From the NCBI RefSeq assembly GCF_006345805.1, contig NC_043005.1:104594001-104658000 (forward strand): 64,000 bases of DNA, given 5' to 3'. Below, one piece after another: positions 41,954 to 54,927 of this stretch. A program made the translations under genes and the position numbers. This stretch comes from Octopus sinensis. Taxonomy: Eukaryota. Within the stretch, counting starts at the first letter, position 1, and each line of letters begins with the position of its first letter. The notes under the pieces were generated by a model that searched no databases, was not told where the DNA came from, and saw only the letters and a list, made by a program, of their open reading frames with translations.

Positions 41954-42161
41954 GTATATGTTTGTGTGTCTGTGTTTGTCCCCCAATATCGATTGACAAC
42001 CGATGCTGGTGTGTTTACGTCTCCGTAAAATAGCGGTTCGGCTAAAGAGGCCGATAGAATAAGTACTAGGCTTCCAAAGAATAAGTCCTGGGGTCGATTT
42101 GCTCGACTAAAGACGGTGCTCCAGTATGGCCACAGTCCAAATGACTGAAACAAGTAAAAGA
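41755..42161 (+). mobile_element. Full-length SINE family B with internal (TA)n
   Basis: Head tgtggtaagtagcttg..gggttcagtccc, CORE-like gcaccatgggcaaatatctt, tail gactgaaacaagtaaaaga. Confidence 0.85.
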
Positions 42162-42966
42162 GTCGGTGGGATTTGAACCAGCACATAAAGTGACATTACT
42201 TGGTATCTGGTGCGACGTGATATCAATTATACCAATCATTTGCCTTATAAATCAGTCTTACTATATTAGCTGTGTTGGTTATCATACTCGTAGAAGACGT
42301 TTTCCCAATGAGCCGATTCTACTCCGTAATTTTGATCGGAATAATTTCTACTCAGGAATGCTTCAAAGTCCCAAACTAACAGAGAAAGTGTTTTCACTCT
42401 ACGTTGATCTAACAAAGAATCAATCGATATTATTACGAAACAATATTAAGTTCTATTGAAAAGTATATTTATCCAGCATTGTTAGTTAATTATACTAACT
42501 CCATTTACATATTCTAATGTCTTTTTAAACAGATTTAAATTTCACCATTTTTTTCTCTTTTTATCTTAATTTTAGACATTTGTGCAAGAATAAAATTTGC
42601 AGTTATCTTATTGACATACGGAGATACAAGATTTGCGTATTTGTGCGTGCGCGCAATCGTGTGTAGTTATTAGGCATATGTGTATCTCTCTTGAGTTAAA
42701 AACTTGTCAAAAATTTTTAAAGCTTATCCTTAACTCAAAGTGTAAAATATTTACAAACATATTCAAACATATTCATATTCTATAATTTATATATTCTAAA
42801 GAGCTTTAAAAATGCACATATATTAGAATGTATATAGGCTCTTACAAATATATCGTTAGTTCTGTTAAGCTCGGGTCTTTTGGGGGTTAAAATAGCAGAA
42901 TAAATTCATAACCCACAAGTTGGTGACGAAATATACTTGTTCAGCCTGCCGTTTTATATATATATA

Positions 42967-43010
<44 letters not shown>

Positions 43011-43079
43011 TATATATATGTATATATATATTATATATATATATAATATATATATATTATATATATACATATATATATG

Positions 43080-43162
<83 letters not shown>

Positions 43163-44760
43163 TTTATATATAAATATATGTATGTATGTGTTGTATGTGT
43201 ATGTATGTATATATGTATGAAAGTATATATATTTATAAATATATATAGGGAGAGAGGGGGAGCGAGGGAGAGGGAGAAAGGCGAAAAATGTATAGATTTT
43301 TACAGTTATGCATTAATATATAAATTCTCGCACACAAACATATATCTGTGTATGTGAATGTATATTTGTATCTGTGGATGCGTATTTTTGAATGTGTAAG
43401 TTTATGTGTCTTGAGAAAAGTGTGAGGAATATACATACATAGATATCAGATTGTATTAAACATCTTATTATGTAGTGCTAAATGGATGCTGAAACGAAAG
43501 GTGTTATCTTGCCTAGAGTAGTTATCACTTTTGTTGTTGCTATTATTATTTTGCTGTTGTTTAGTTAACACAACCCACTTTCTCTGTTAGTCTCATTGAA
43601 AGAGTCATTTTATAAAAAAAACATTCCCAAACGACCATTTCAATAGATATGCGCAAGTATATGTGCAAGTATACATGACTATGTGTGTAGAAGAGTGTAT
43701 ATGTATGAGCTGTATGCATTAAAAAAAAGGCAGCAAATTGGCATAACGGAGTGGCAGACGAAATGCTTTCCGATATTTGCTTCTGTTTTCTGCACTGTAG
43801 GTTCAAATCTCACCGAGGTAAACTTTGCTCTTCCTCATTTCGAGGAGGATAGAGTACAGGTCCAGTACTGGAGTTGATCCCTCTCTGTATCTCTCTCCCT
43901 CTCCCTCTCTGTATCTCTCCTCTCTCTCTCTCATACACACACATACACATTCTCTCTTTCTCTCTAATTGAAATATACCTGCTATTCACAGCCCATTGTC
44001 ATCTCAATATCACCCTTAATTCGGTCATTATTTTAGAGATACATGTATCTGTGGAATACCCAGCCTTTCGCACATTAATTTCACGATTAGAAAATCAGTT
44101 ATTTGAGCCAATTGTGAATGTTCATCCTTGTGACCGACGAGGAATCCATCATATATTCGAGTGTATGAGAATATTCCACACAATAGGAATCTACCTGAAT
44201 ATGAGAAAATCATGCGAACAAAAAAAAAAGATATTGTTATAAACATATATCTGTGTGTAAAAATATGGCCGTGTATGTGCGTGGAGACAGAAACATAAAG
44301 CTGGGAGTGAAATTCGACCTTTTATTTTGGTGATGAGGTGGTGAGGGTGAACGTTCTCAAAACTATTTTTCATCCAATATTTGTGGGGTGGGAAGAAGGG
44401 TTAAACAAATATATAAAGAAATAAATATAATGAAGTTTAAAGAAGTGGTCAGAAATACTTTCCAGTGAGTGGAGGTGATGGCAATATTTTGAGCTTGGCG
44501 GAGAGAAACTAGAAGCAAAGCAGCGGAGAAATATGTGATTTGTGAGTGAGGTGGAGGGCGTAGAAGGATGATTTAGATTACGAGATTGAAGTGAGTGGTG
44601 TATGGGGGGGGGGGGTAGAAGAGAGGTTAGGAGAAGAGGAGGCGTGAGGTTGAGAGCGAATGTGAAAGCAATCAGTCAGAGGAAGAGGAATCAAGCGAGG
44701 AAGGGGTTACTTAGTCAGGAATGTTCTCGTGGGGCAGCTGCCGGAGGGGAAGCTGGGATA

Positions 44761-44830
<70 letters not shown>

Positions 44831-44937
44831 TGCGCGCAATTATATAAAACATACATATACTTACACATACACATACATAACATATATATTGATATGTTTA
44901 TATATACAAAATGACGCACACACATACACACACACAC

Positions 44938-44993
<56 letters not shown>

Positions 44994-45626
44994 GTGTGTG
45001 TATATGTATATATAAGTCTGTTTATATTGATGTGCATGAATCCCTACATCTCTTTATGATTGTGTATAAAAATAATAGTGTGTCTGGTGAGCAATTTATT
45101 ATCACTGGATTAGGTCCGTCCACTCTTCGTATGGAATCACTAATAGAACAAAAGCTGTCTCCACAAAAACAAAATATTAACAAAAACAAAAGCCGGAACA
45201 CCAACAACACTAACAACAACAACAATAGCAAAAGCAATGGAAGAGATGCAATGAAAAATAACTATAAATAAATAAATGGACGTAAAATAAATAAACAATA
45301 AGTGAATAAAAATGAAATAAAATACCCAGAAAAAATGGATGGATTAAGAAATTACATTGAATGTTTTATTGTTTAGCCATCTTCCAGTCCCTATACCAAA
45401 CTCCAACCCCTTTATCCAAGCTTGACCAATAACTTAACTAACTTTATATGTTCGTCGAAATTCTTTCCTGTCCCAGTGTCCATAGCAGCCGCCTCGTTTC
45501 TAAACGACCTTTAGCACGAGGCCTACAACCTCATTTCCGGTTTATTTTCAAAACTATTCTCCCTTCGCCCGCCCGCATCACTGTCTGTATTATTTATGTG
45601 TTATACGTACACACATATAATCATAC

Positions 45627-45708
<82 letters not shown>

Positions 45709-45902
45709 TGTGTGTGTGTGTATGTACATGCACATATATTGCATGCATATATATTGAATACATATATATATATGTATGTATATATGTATATATATATAAG
45801 TTTGTGTGTGTGTGTCAGTGTGTGAGCATGTGTATGCAATATATGTGCATGTACATACATACACACATATTTATATATGTATGCACATATTTGTATACAT
45901 AC

Positions 45903-45939
<37 letters not shown>

Positions 45940-47069
45940 AATGTATACTTATGTTTGAAGGTATACTTAGGTATGTATGTATGCATGCACGTATGTATGT
46001 ATCTATATACGTATTCATGTATAATGTATGTATATATATAAATATATGTGCATAGATACATAGAAATATGCGTGCTTACCTGAGTATATATATGTTGACA
46101 CTGTCACATATGTATATCAACATGCCATTATAATTCAGTCTGCACCGTAATTTTTGTGCTTCGTAATTCTTGTGCACCGTAATTTCATTGAAAATTGTAC
46201 GTTCAAGTGAGGAAATGTTTCAAAGAATGCATTGTTTAATTGAAGCCCTTTTGGCTAAAATAACATTTCAGGAATCGTCAAGAGAGAAGACATTTGTTTC
46301 TAATAATAGCGACACTGGAAATGTCATTCTTCCTAAGGAGAAGAAGCAATATAAAATAGCAAAACGATATTTATTCTCTCGTTTTAGTTTCTCTTTTCCA
46401 CTGCTTAGACTCTCTTCAAATGCGCACCAAATGTTCACCCGCAATGGTTGTTGACTTTATTATAGTTAAAGCTATGCCTTTAATAAGGTCTGTCCAGAGT
46501 TGCCTCTCTTAGGTATTTACCATTGATAACGACTAAAAAGCTAGACATGTCGATGTCTGGGAATCCGATAGGTGGTGACCCTGGGCAGATATGGTGTGTT
46601 TACACCTTCTTACCATAAGAACGAATTCTTCTCCACGGTAACTGCAGGGATTTTACATTTTAGCAGTTGAAATATATTCACAAACGTATTTTAACTAACC
46701 TTTTTTACACACATACACGCGCACGCGCGCACACACACACATTCACACACATACACACAATGCACACACATGCACACACACATATCTTCATATATATACA
46801 CATACATCATAAATATACACACATATATAAACAATAATAACAGATGGATTATGGGTCACTGTTTTCAGATGTATTTTTGGTGATGAACAGAAGTGTTACA
46901 TCATGCAAAACACCGTACTTGTTCTTGAGAAGATGTAATTGTTAATTCTTACCTGTATTCATCGACTAAAAATGATTTTTTGCATGATATAATAATTCTG
47001 TTCGTTACTAAAAAACACGACTGAAACAGCTACAGCGAACTACAATCCATCCGTCGTTATTGTGTATCG

Positions 47070-47457
47070 TTCACCTACCTGAGCGGTGCAGTAGGTGCAG
47101 TGAGTGTATCCATGCGTGACCTTGGTGATTCATTGTATATTCAGTCAGTCAATTGTGAATGTATGCATAACTGGAGAACAAGTCATTATTCATTGTACAT
47201 GATAGCGCGCTATCACCGATCATACATGGCTATTTAAATACCTGGTTCTCTCGAACACTGTAATTTTGCCTGTGACCAGGTCGCGGTCTCAAAGCGACGA
47301 AAATATTCTGACAAATTAAATTTAAATGTTGAAGTGAATCTAATGGCTTTTGTGTGTTTTTTAAATGGCTTATAAACACCTTCCACGCTGCAATTGTTTT
47401 CGTTCCAGCACACGATCTCAGATCAGGTCACTTGCTATGCAAGTACATCTCCGTAAT
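47070..47457 (+). mobile_element. PLE-like terminal repeat (5' limit uncertain) carrying an HHR-like motif
   Basis: 3' 177 bp match 27-203. Ends ccgtaata at a (TA)n array. Confidence 0.55.
47265..47315 (+). ncRNA. Hammerhead-like motif with G3/C8 core variant
   Basis: TTTGcCt GTGACCA G GTCGC ggtctcaaa GCGAC GAA AATATT C tGaCAAA. Confidence 0.55.
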
Positions 47458-47531
47458 ATGTATACATATATAGATATATGCATATATACGTATAGATAAA
47501 TATATATACATATACATACATGAATACATAA

Positions 47532-47571
<40 letters not shown>

Positions 47572-47597
47572 ATATATATATGCATATATATACATAT

Positions 47598-47665
<68 letters not shown>

Positions 47666-48099
47666 TGTGTGTCTGTATATATATGCATGTATGTATGTAT
47701 TTACGTATACATATATACAAGATCTAAGGGATATTTGAGCACACTTAATTATCATTAATTAATTATCACTCGCTTCAAATCAAATAAATGATTTTATTTC
47801 GTTCATGTCCTTCATGATAAATAAAATGCTAACACAAGAAATGAGAAAAAAACAACAAAAACCACGAAGTCATTGATGACATATCTGTGGAACATAACGA
47901 TTCACAAATTGCTAACTTCCTTAATGTTACAAAGTTGTTTTGTACACGAAGTTTGGATGGAATTGTAAGACTCTAGCAGGAATGTTTTAATTGTATCAAA
48001 GAGAGAAAAAAAAACAATACATTCTAAATGGTCTAAAGGCACCGCAATTAATCCACAGGTTCAAAGCAATATCGATATTAATCCAGGAAAATAAACGAG

Positions 48100-48690
48100 A
48101 TATATTGCCTAAGAACATCAGGTATGAGAATGGATTATCAAAATTGTGGTGTACGAGGACATTCGTTGCCAGTCATTTTGCTAAGGAAAGGAGAATTCAT
48201 ATCTGAAAAGACACAGGAAAACCGTTTGAACTGTGCGTAGAAGCTACTTAAGGTTAAATCTTTAAGAACATGACATGTTCTACGACTAAGGGAAAAACTT
48301 CGACTAAGACCAAATATTTAACAGGGTTAATGACAGATCCATCTGACACCCTAGATTTCCTACAACTGTGTTAGTTTTAGGAGAAGCAAGCAAAGTAGGT
48401 CGTGTCATACCGCTTCACATCTTTCCAAAGGGTTTCAGAATTAATGCTGCTAGATCCGTTGAGTTGTTGGAGAAAATTGGTAAACCCTGGATCAACGAAG
48501 TATGCAGTAGAATGCCATGCGTATTTCAACACATCTAAGAACCTTCTTACAAAGTCCGTATAACTCGAGAAAGGACGCCGGACAACCTTTAGGATCAAAC
48601 AACCCCAAGCGTGTGGCCTACAAACTTGTCAGGTTCAACAGTTATGAGCACTACGTTATGGAACGCTGGAGAAAATGTGACTAAGCGATA
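48100..48690 (+). pseudogene. maT/DD37D-like (Tc1/mariner superfamily) transposase remnant
   Basis: YEDIRCQSF..RKGEFISEKTQENRL; KNFD*DQ..NDR; FPTTVLVLG..PLHIFPKGFRINAA..KPWINEV..PCVFQ; WP. Multiple stops and frameshifts. Confidence 0.7.
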
Positions 48691-48704
48691 TCTTCATAAT
48701 ATAT

Positions 48705-48832
48705 CGGGCAGGCTTCTTTCAGTTTCCGTCAGTGAAATCCATTCCCAAAACTTTGGTCGGCCCGAGACTCTAGTATAAGACTTTCCCAAGGTACCACGCG
48801 ATTGGGAAGCAAACTTACCACGCGGACACGCT
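48705..48832 (-). mobile_element. SINE family B head
   Basis: ggcttctttcagtttccgtc..ggtcggcccgag..cccaaggtaccacg..gggaagcaaacttaccac. Confidence 0.75.
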
Positions 48833-48846
48833 TGCGCTTGTATGTA

Positions 48847-48911
<65 letters not shown>

Positions 48912-48946
48912 GTGTGTATATAAAATCATTACATACATATATAGGC

Positions 48947-48979
<33 letters not shown>

Positions 48980-49852
48980 ATATATGTATATACCTTAACA
49001 TGGCCGTACATCCACATTAATATGCTTTCACTCTGATTCACATGTCTTTAATTTAGTCATGTATATACGATGACAATTCACCAGATATAACATAATATCA
49101 CTTGGAACTTACTGTTGCCAATTTTAACATCGTTATCACCTGAACTCTGAGAAATCACGAATATTAGCATGTCAGATATACCAAAATTTTAAATGATTAA
49201 GTTGTGAGATTTTTGTGAATATTTTCATTCGATACACGAAAAAAAAAAGTACACAACATTAGGAATTTTTTTCCAGGGTAAAAGCAGCAGGATAAAAAAA
49301 AATCATTTTGTTAAATTAACCGTGGAAGGTCAAAAGCATTAAAAATTGCTTTTTACATGATCATGTCACATGTTTAGATGCTATCTGTACGTGAGCCTGT
49401 ATCTCTGCATATATCTGTAAAGATTGATTATTTACATATTTTTGATGTTTATAATTTATAAATGTTTATGTATAAACATATACATGTATGTATCTATGAG
49501 TGTATATTCATATTTATATATCTATGCATACATCTTATACATACATACATACATACATACATACATACATACATACATACATACATACATACATACATAA
49601 ATACATACATACATATATTATATATATATATGTGTATATATATATGTATATTTATGTATGTATATATCCATGTATATATGTATATGCATAGATATACATG
49701 GTTATTTATTTGCATAAACATTTAAAAATAATAAATATTGAAATATGTAAATGATATATCTTTATAAATATATGTATATGTATGTATGTATATATATATA
49801 CATGCGCACGCACACAAAGCGACACACATTTACATATAAATGTCTGTCTGTT

Positions 49853-49884
<32 letters not shown>

Positions 49885-52756
49885 ATATATACATACATAT
49901 ATACACACACACATATTTATTTGCATACACTCATACACTCAGCACACAGTCACACACACCCGCACGTGCACACGCACTCATACACACACACTGCATGCAC
50001 ACACACACGTATGTATACATGTATAATTATGTATATATAATTCTTTTTACATTGCCAGGCTGCATGTGCGCCTACCACACGTGCATATCTGAACTTATTC
50101 ACAATATATTTCTAAAAATACTTACCAGGAAACGCATATCAAAATGGACGTATCAGTTTCGATTAAATTATATATGTTACATCTATGTTGTGTGCGTGTG
50201 TGTACGTGTGTGTATGCGTGCATGTATATGTGTGTTGGTACGAGTGTCTGCCTGTAGTTATGCCTTTATGTTTACAAATATATATGCATTCATACTTACA
50301 TGCGTACATATACATAAGGCAGTGTCTTCGCGTTAGGAATTTAAACCACACGTAACGTGACTAAGCTATTTAACAATTATGTGATATGACATCGCAAATT
50401 TTACTTTCGAATTGATATCGTTTTCTGAACATCTCTGCACAGTTATTTTATGGTACACGCACGCGCACACACACACCCACACACACACACACACATTATT
50501 CATTTATAAATACAAATGCATGCACACTACATGTACACGTACATACATCCATGCACACAGGTATACATTCATAAACGGACGTTGATATTTAAGTAGGCAC
50601 AATTGTATCCCTTCATATGAAATTTCAAGTGGGGCTACACAAGGTCCACCAAACAATGTGAACCAGTATAGATTTCAAATAAAATGTACTATTGCTCCTG
50701 TTTAAAATAATTTCACCTACGGGCGTTCATCTTGGTAAAAGCACAGCAACTACAAATAAGAATTTTCTAGCTTTTGAGCATAAAGCTTTGAGGAGCGTGA
50801 TAAGGGTTAACATAACTAATGCTTCCGTGGGGGAGTTGGTTAGGTTCAAATATGTAAATGCTTTTTGTTAAATTTTCGTGATGTAAATCAAGGTACGTTG
50901 TATGCAGATGGCAAAGAAGTCTTGTAATGCAAGCTTTCAAATTGCAATCTGAGTAGGGAGGAGGTGGAAAGTAAGTAAGAACGCTGATGAAAGAGGTTTT
51001 GGAAGGAAATTGGATGAACAGGGCAGAAAGGGCTCCAGACAGAAGAGTGTGATGTGAGTTGACAAGATCTTAAAGCATGGGAGACTCTCTTTCATCTCGG
51101 ACTAAGACGTTTGAAGTATAGAATTAGATTATTTCTAAGATTATTCTACTAGAATGGAAAAGTTTAAGAAATATTCAGGTGCATTGAATTAGTTACGAAC
51201 TGATCAAGAATGGAAAATATATTACGTTAGAGCAATTTCAACTTTGTACAGGAATTTGCAACGTCTGTGACCTGATGGTAGAATTCCAGTGGAAATTCAT
51301 TGGCACACGAAATTAGCCAATGAAATCTGGTAACTTTAATCCTTTACTTGCTTATGTAGATCACCAATATTTGAAAAATTGGAAAGTTCTCAATTTTTTT
51401 AAACGCTTGAGCCACCTTATTATCTATTTATACATAAGTATATGTTTTAATGCTTTGCTAGACGTTCACGTTGTGGGTCAAGATATTTAAAGAGAAATGT
51501 GATTCTTAACTGACGTTCATGAATAAACTGGGCGAATAATTAAGATGGATGGTATATATAAGTTGAGTCTAAAAACAATATATTCATGTTGGCTGTAGTA
51601 TGCTTTTCACTTAGTGTCTGGCGATATCATTACCTGCACTATAGTAATACTCTTTAATTAATCCAGTCATAATGTCAGATGCCTGCATATGTGAGAGTGC
51701 CATGAAAGTGTGTGCGCAGATGGAGGGATAGGGACAGACAGATAGATAGATAGATAGAGATAGAGAGAGAGAGGGGGAGAGAGAGAGAGAGAGAGAACAG
51801 AGAGAAGGTGAGAGAGATGTGGGGTAGAGAAGGATCTCGGAAATGAGGAAATAAATGGGGAGAAAAATAACATACAATCAATAACAGGAAAACAAGAGAT
51901 TTAATGAATTAGAGAGGGAGGGAGGGAGAGAAAGAGAGAGAGAAAGAGTGAAGGAGGAAAGGAGAGAGAGAGAGAGAGAGAGGAACTTTATGAGTGAGCA
52001 AAAAGTTAGAAGTATGATAAGGGTTAGTAGTGATAAATGTCGAAAGTATTAGGGATAGCATACATGTATTAAATTATATCCTGAAATGATTGAAACAAAT
52101 TGTGGGTGTTTGGAGATGAGAGAGGAACGTTTACGTATCTATATTCCTGGGATGAGTTATTTCTAGAATAATAACAAATGACCAAACAATATGAATATAC
52201 AAAAAGATAAACAACAAAACAAATTATCATAGAGCCACACCACTGCTACCACAGCTGAAAAGGGAATATATCCTGAAACCAAAAACATTTTTACAAAATT
52301 CTTTATCCAGATTCTTTGCTTGATTGATAACAGTGTCCGCTCTGCTATCTCAGAAACCACTGAAGCTGGAAAGTCAAAATATTTTATCTATTATTATGAC
52401 GTAGCAAAATGAAAACTGTGTTACTTTATTTTTGCCCATTTTTTAAAATGTTTTTCTTTTTTCTTTGTTATTTATTTGGGTATATGTTGACCAAGTTTTA
52501 AATTATACGAAACATCAGATCAGTTCAACAAAGATAGAAATAAATAGGTAAGCAGTAATAGGTATTTCATTTTTCATTCTTTTAGCTACTCCACCTCTGG
52601 GGCCTTGCATTCAGGGATTTAGTCGATTATAAGGTTTCCAGTACTATATGTGCTACGTATTTTAGCGATGAATGAACACACAGACACGCACGCACACACA
52701 CGCGCGCGCGCACAGACACGCACACACACACACACAATTTATTGAAGCTGAACTTT

Positions 52757-52803
52757 TATCTAGTGACTTGAGTTTCACGCCACTGCGATCTTCAGGCGAG
52801 ATA
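52757..52803 (-). ncRNA. Hammerhead motif at the PLE 3' end (helix I partly decayed)
   Basis: TATCTcGc CTGAAGA t CGC agtg GCG t GAA ACTCAAGT C aCtAGATA, then AATAAA and (TG)n. Confidence 0.65.
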
Positions 52804-53075
52804 TGTTACAACTTGATGATGGGTGATTTGTGTGTATATTTATATATAAAAGTACCTCGATTGCTTTTTTTCTTCTAGAGATATCGCTTCCCAGTGTTCA
52901 AATTAGTTTAGTACAGTTTGGTGCCTGTTGTTATTTTTATGTAAACTTCTTTAAAAATATTTTCCTGTATTTGACAAGTTTATATATATTCCTTTTGGAA
53001 GATAGCTAGGCCATTGTCCTATAAAAGCCTATGTTTGATTTATTGGATATTTTGCTTATTCGATACAAGGTAATA

Positions 53076-53296
53076 AATAATGGTTTCAAATTTTGCCACA
53101 AGGGCAGCAGTTTTAGGGAAGGGGTGAGTCGATTATATCGACGCCAGTTTTCAACTGGTTCTTATTTTATCAACCCCGAAAGGATGAAAGGGAAAGTCAA
53201 CGTCAGTGGAGTTTGAACTCAGAATGGAGCGACATACGAAGTACCTCTAAGCATTTCGACCAACGTGCTTAACGATTCTGCCAGCTCTCCGCCTTA
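53076..53296 (-). mobile_element. SINE family A (A1) inserted in the PLE RT
   Basis: 13-bp TSD atacaag[g/t]taata at 53063-53075 and 53297-53309. Confidence 0.85.
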
Positions 53297-53959
53297 ATAC
53301 AAGTTAATAGTCCTACTAGTTCTGCAGTCGTAGCATCTCATGGCCACTTGAAAGACTTCCCCTAATTTCTTATGTTACTCAGGTTGAATTATGGAATAGG
53401 ACGGATTCTATTGCATGCATAATGGTGGCCACATCTCAGGTGTTGAGTACAATTTCTTGATGAAGTCTGATCGTTTTGATAAGAAATATTTTTCGATACA
53501 CGGTTCAAAGTCAGTGACGTGAAATAGTATGAATTTATGAGACCTTTTGTCTTTTATGTGGTCGAAATAATCTTTGTTAAATGTAATGTTGCTCCATTCA
53601 GCAAGTCCTGTTTCTGGAGCTGATGTTTGCCATAACTTTTTCGCTTAATATATCTAGTGCTGCACCCGCGGGTTTTTATTAGCAGGCGCTTGGGGTGCTC
53701 ACAAAGTCTGGTTTGTAGTCTTTCAGTGTTGTGTTTGTTTATCTTTGTGCAACAGGTTCAGTTCTGACATTTGTTCTGTAGTTTTGTTGTTCTGCAGTGT
53801 TGCATAGATTACTCTTTTAAAAAATAATTTTTTGATATTTTGCTATTCACTTTTAAATCTTTGGTACAGTTTATACATACATACATACATGCATGCATGT
53901 ATACATACACACATATATTCACACACACACACACACACAAATACACATATTCCCTCACT

Positions 53960-54103
53960 CAGTTTCCGTCATCGAAATTGCTCTCACAAGGCTTTGGCTC
54001 ACTGAAGACTATACTAGAAGGTATACTATCGAACTGCCACGTAGAGATATCGAACCCAGTAGCATATGGTTGCAATGCAAATTTCTATACCACCCAAGCC
54101 ATA
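53960..54103 (-). mobile_element. Diverged SINE family B head
   Basis: cagtttccgtc..gaacccag..catatggttgcaa..taccac. Confidence 0.6.
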
Positions 54104-54577
54104 CGATGTTCATTTACATAAAATATTCCCGTGTATAATAGCTAACAGTGAAAGTGATGAATTCCAATACTGAATTCATATGTAAAGAAATATTTTCTTT
54201 TGTTTTCATTCACTTATTTATAGATATTCAATCAAAAATATTTACCACTAAGTGGTGTGAGTGGCGGTGACTAAGATGAATGAAGCCCCACGCGTCTTGT
54301 GTTAATTTTTATTGACTTTACGCCAATCACACCATATATTCAACGGTCATTATCAGGCAGTATATTCAATGGGATTATTCAGGTGTAAAGATGTCTACTT
54401 TTTTTTAGTATAATACTTGAAAATGATTACAAAAAATATATACTGAACGGAATTTGTGCAAATAAGTATACAAATGGTTCATTTCATTAATTCTAACGAA
54501 TTGTATAAATATCAATATAGATGAAGTTATGGATTTATAACCGCGCCCTCAAGCACGCACGTGTATATATTTATATA

Positions 54578-54664
<87 letters not shown>

Positions 54665-54785
54665 TATATATATAATAATATATATATATATATTTATATA
54701 TTCACATATGTACATATATGTATGTATATATATATATGTATATTATATATATATATAATATATATATATATATATAATATATATG

Positions 54786-54843
<58 letters not shown>

Positions 54844-54865
54844 ATATATATATATGTCTGTGTAT

Positions 54866-54927
<62 letters not shown>

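Larger units (their letters stand above)
52737..53800 (-). pseudogene. Decayed Penelope-like element: RT remnant joined to a terminal repeat with an HHR, interrupted by a SINE
   Basis: Frameshifted minus-strand peptides TLKDYKPDF, ETGLAEWSN, KFILFHVTDFEPCI, IMHAIESVLFHN, FQVAMRCYD, AELVGLL, NIGFYR(D)NGLAIF and KIFKEVYIKIT..NLNTGK match the PLE RT motif order (LKDHKxNF..FDIxxFYPSI..FDVTMGSYDGAE..GLYRDDGL). Confidence 0.8.

Noticed and set aside
42180-42340. KVTLLGIWCD..PILLRN as a mariner catalytic-domain remnant
   Set aside because: Suggestive, but identity is too low without a profile search.
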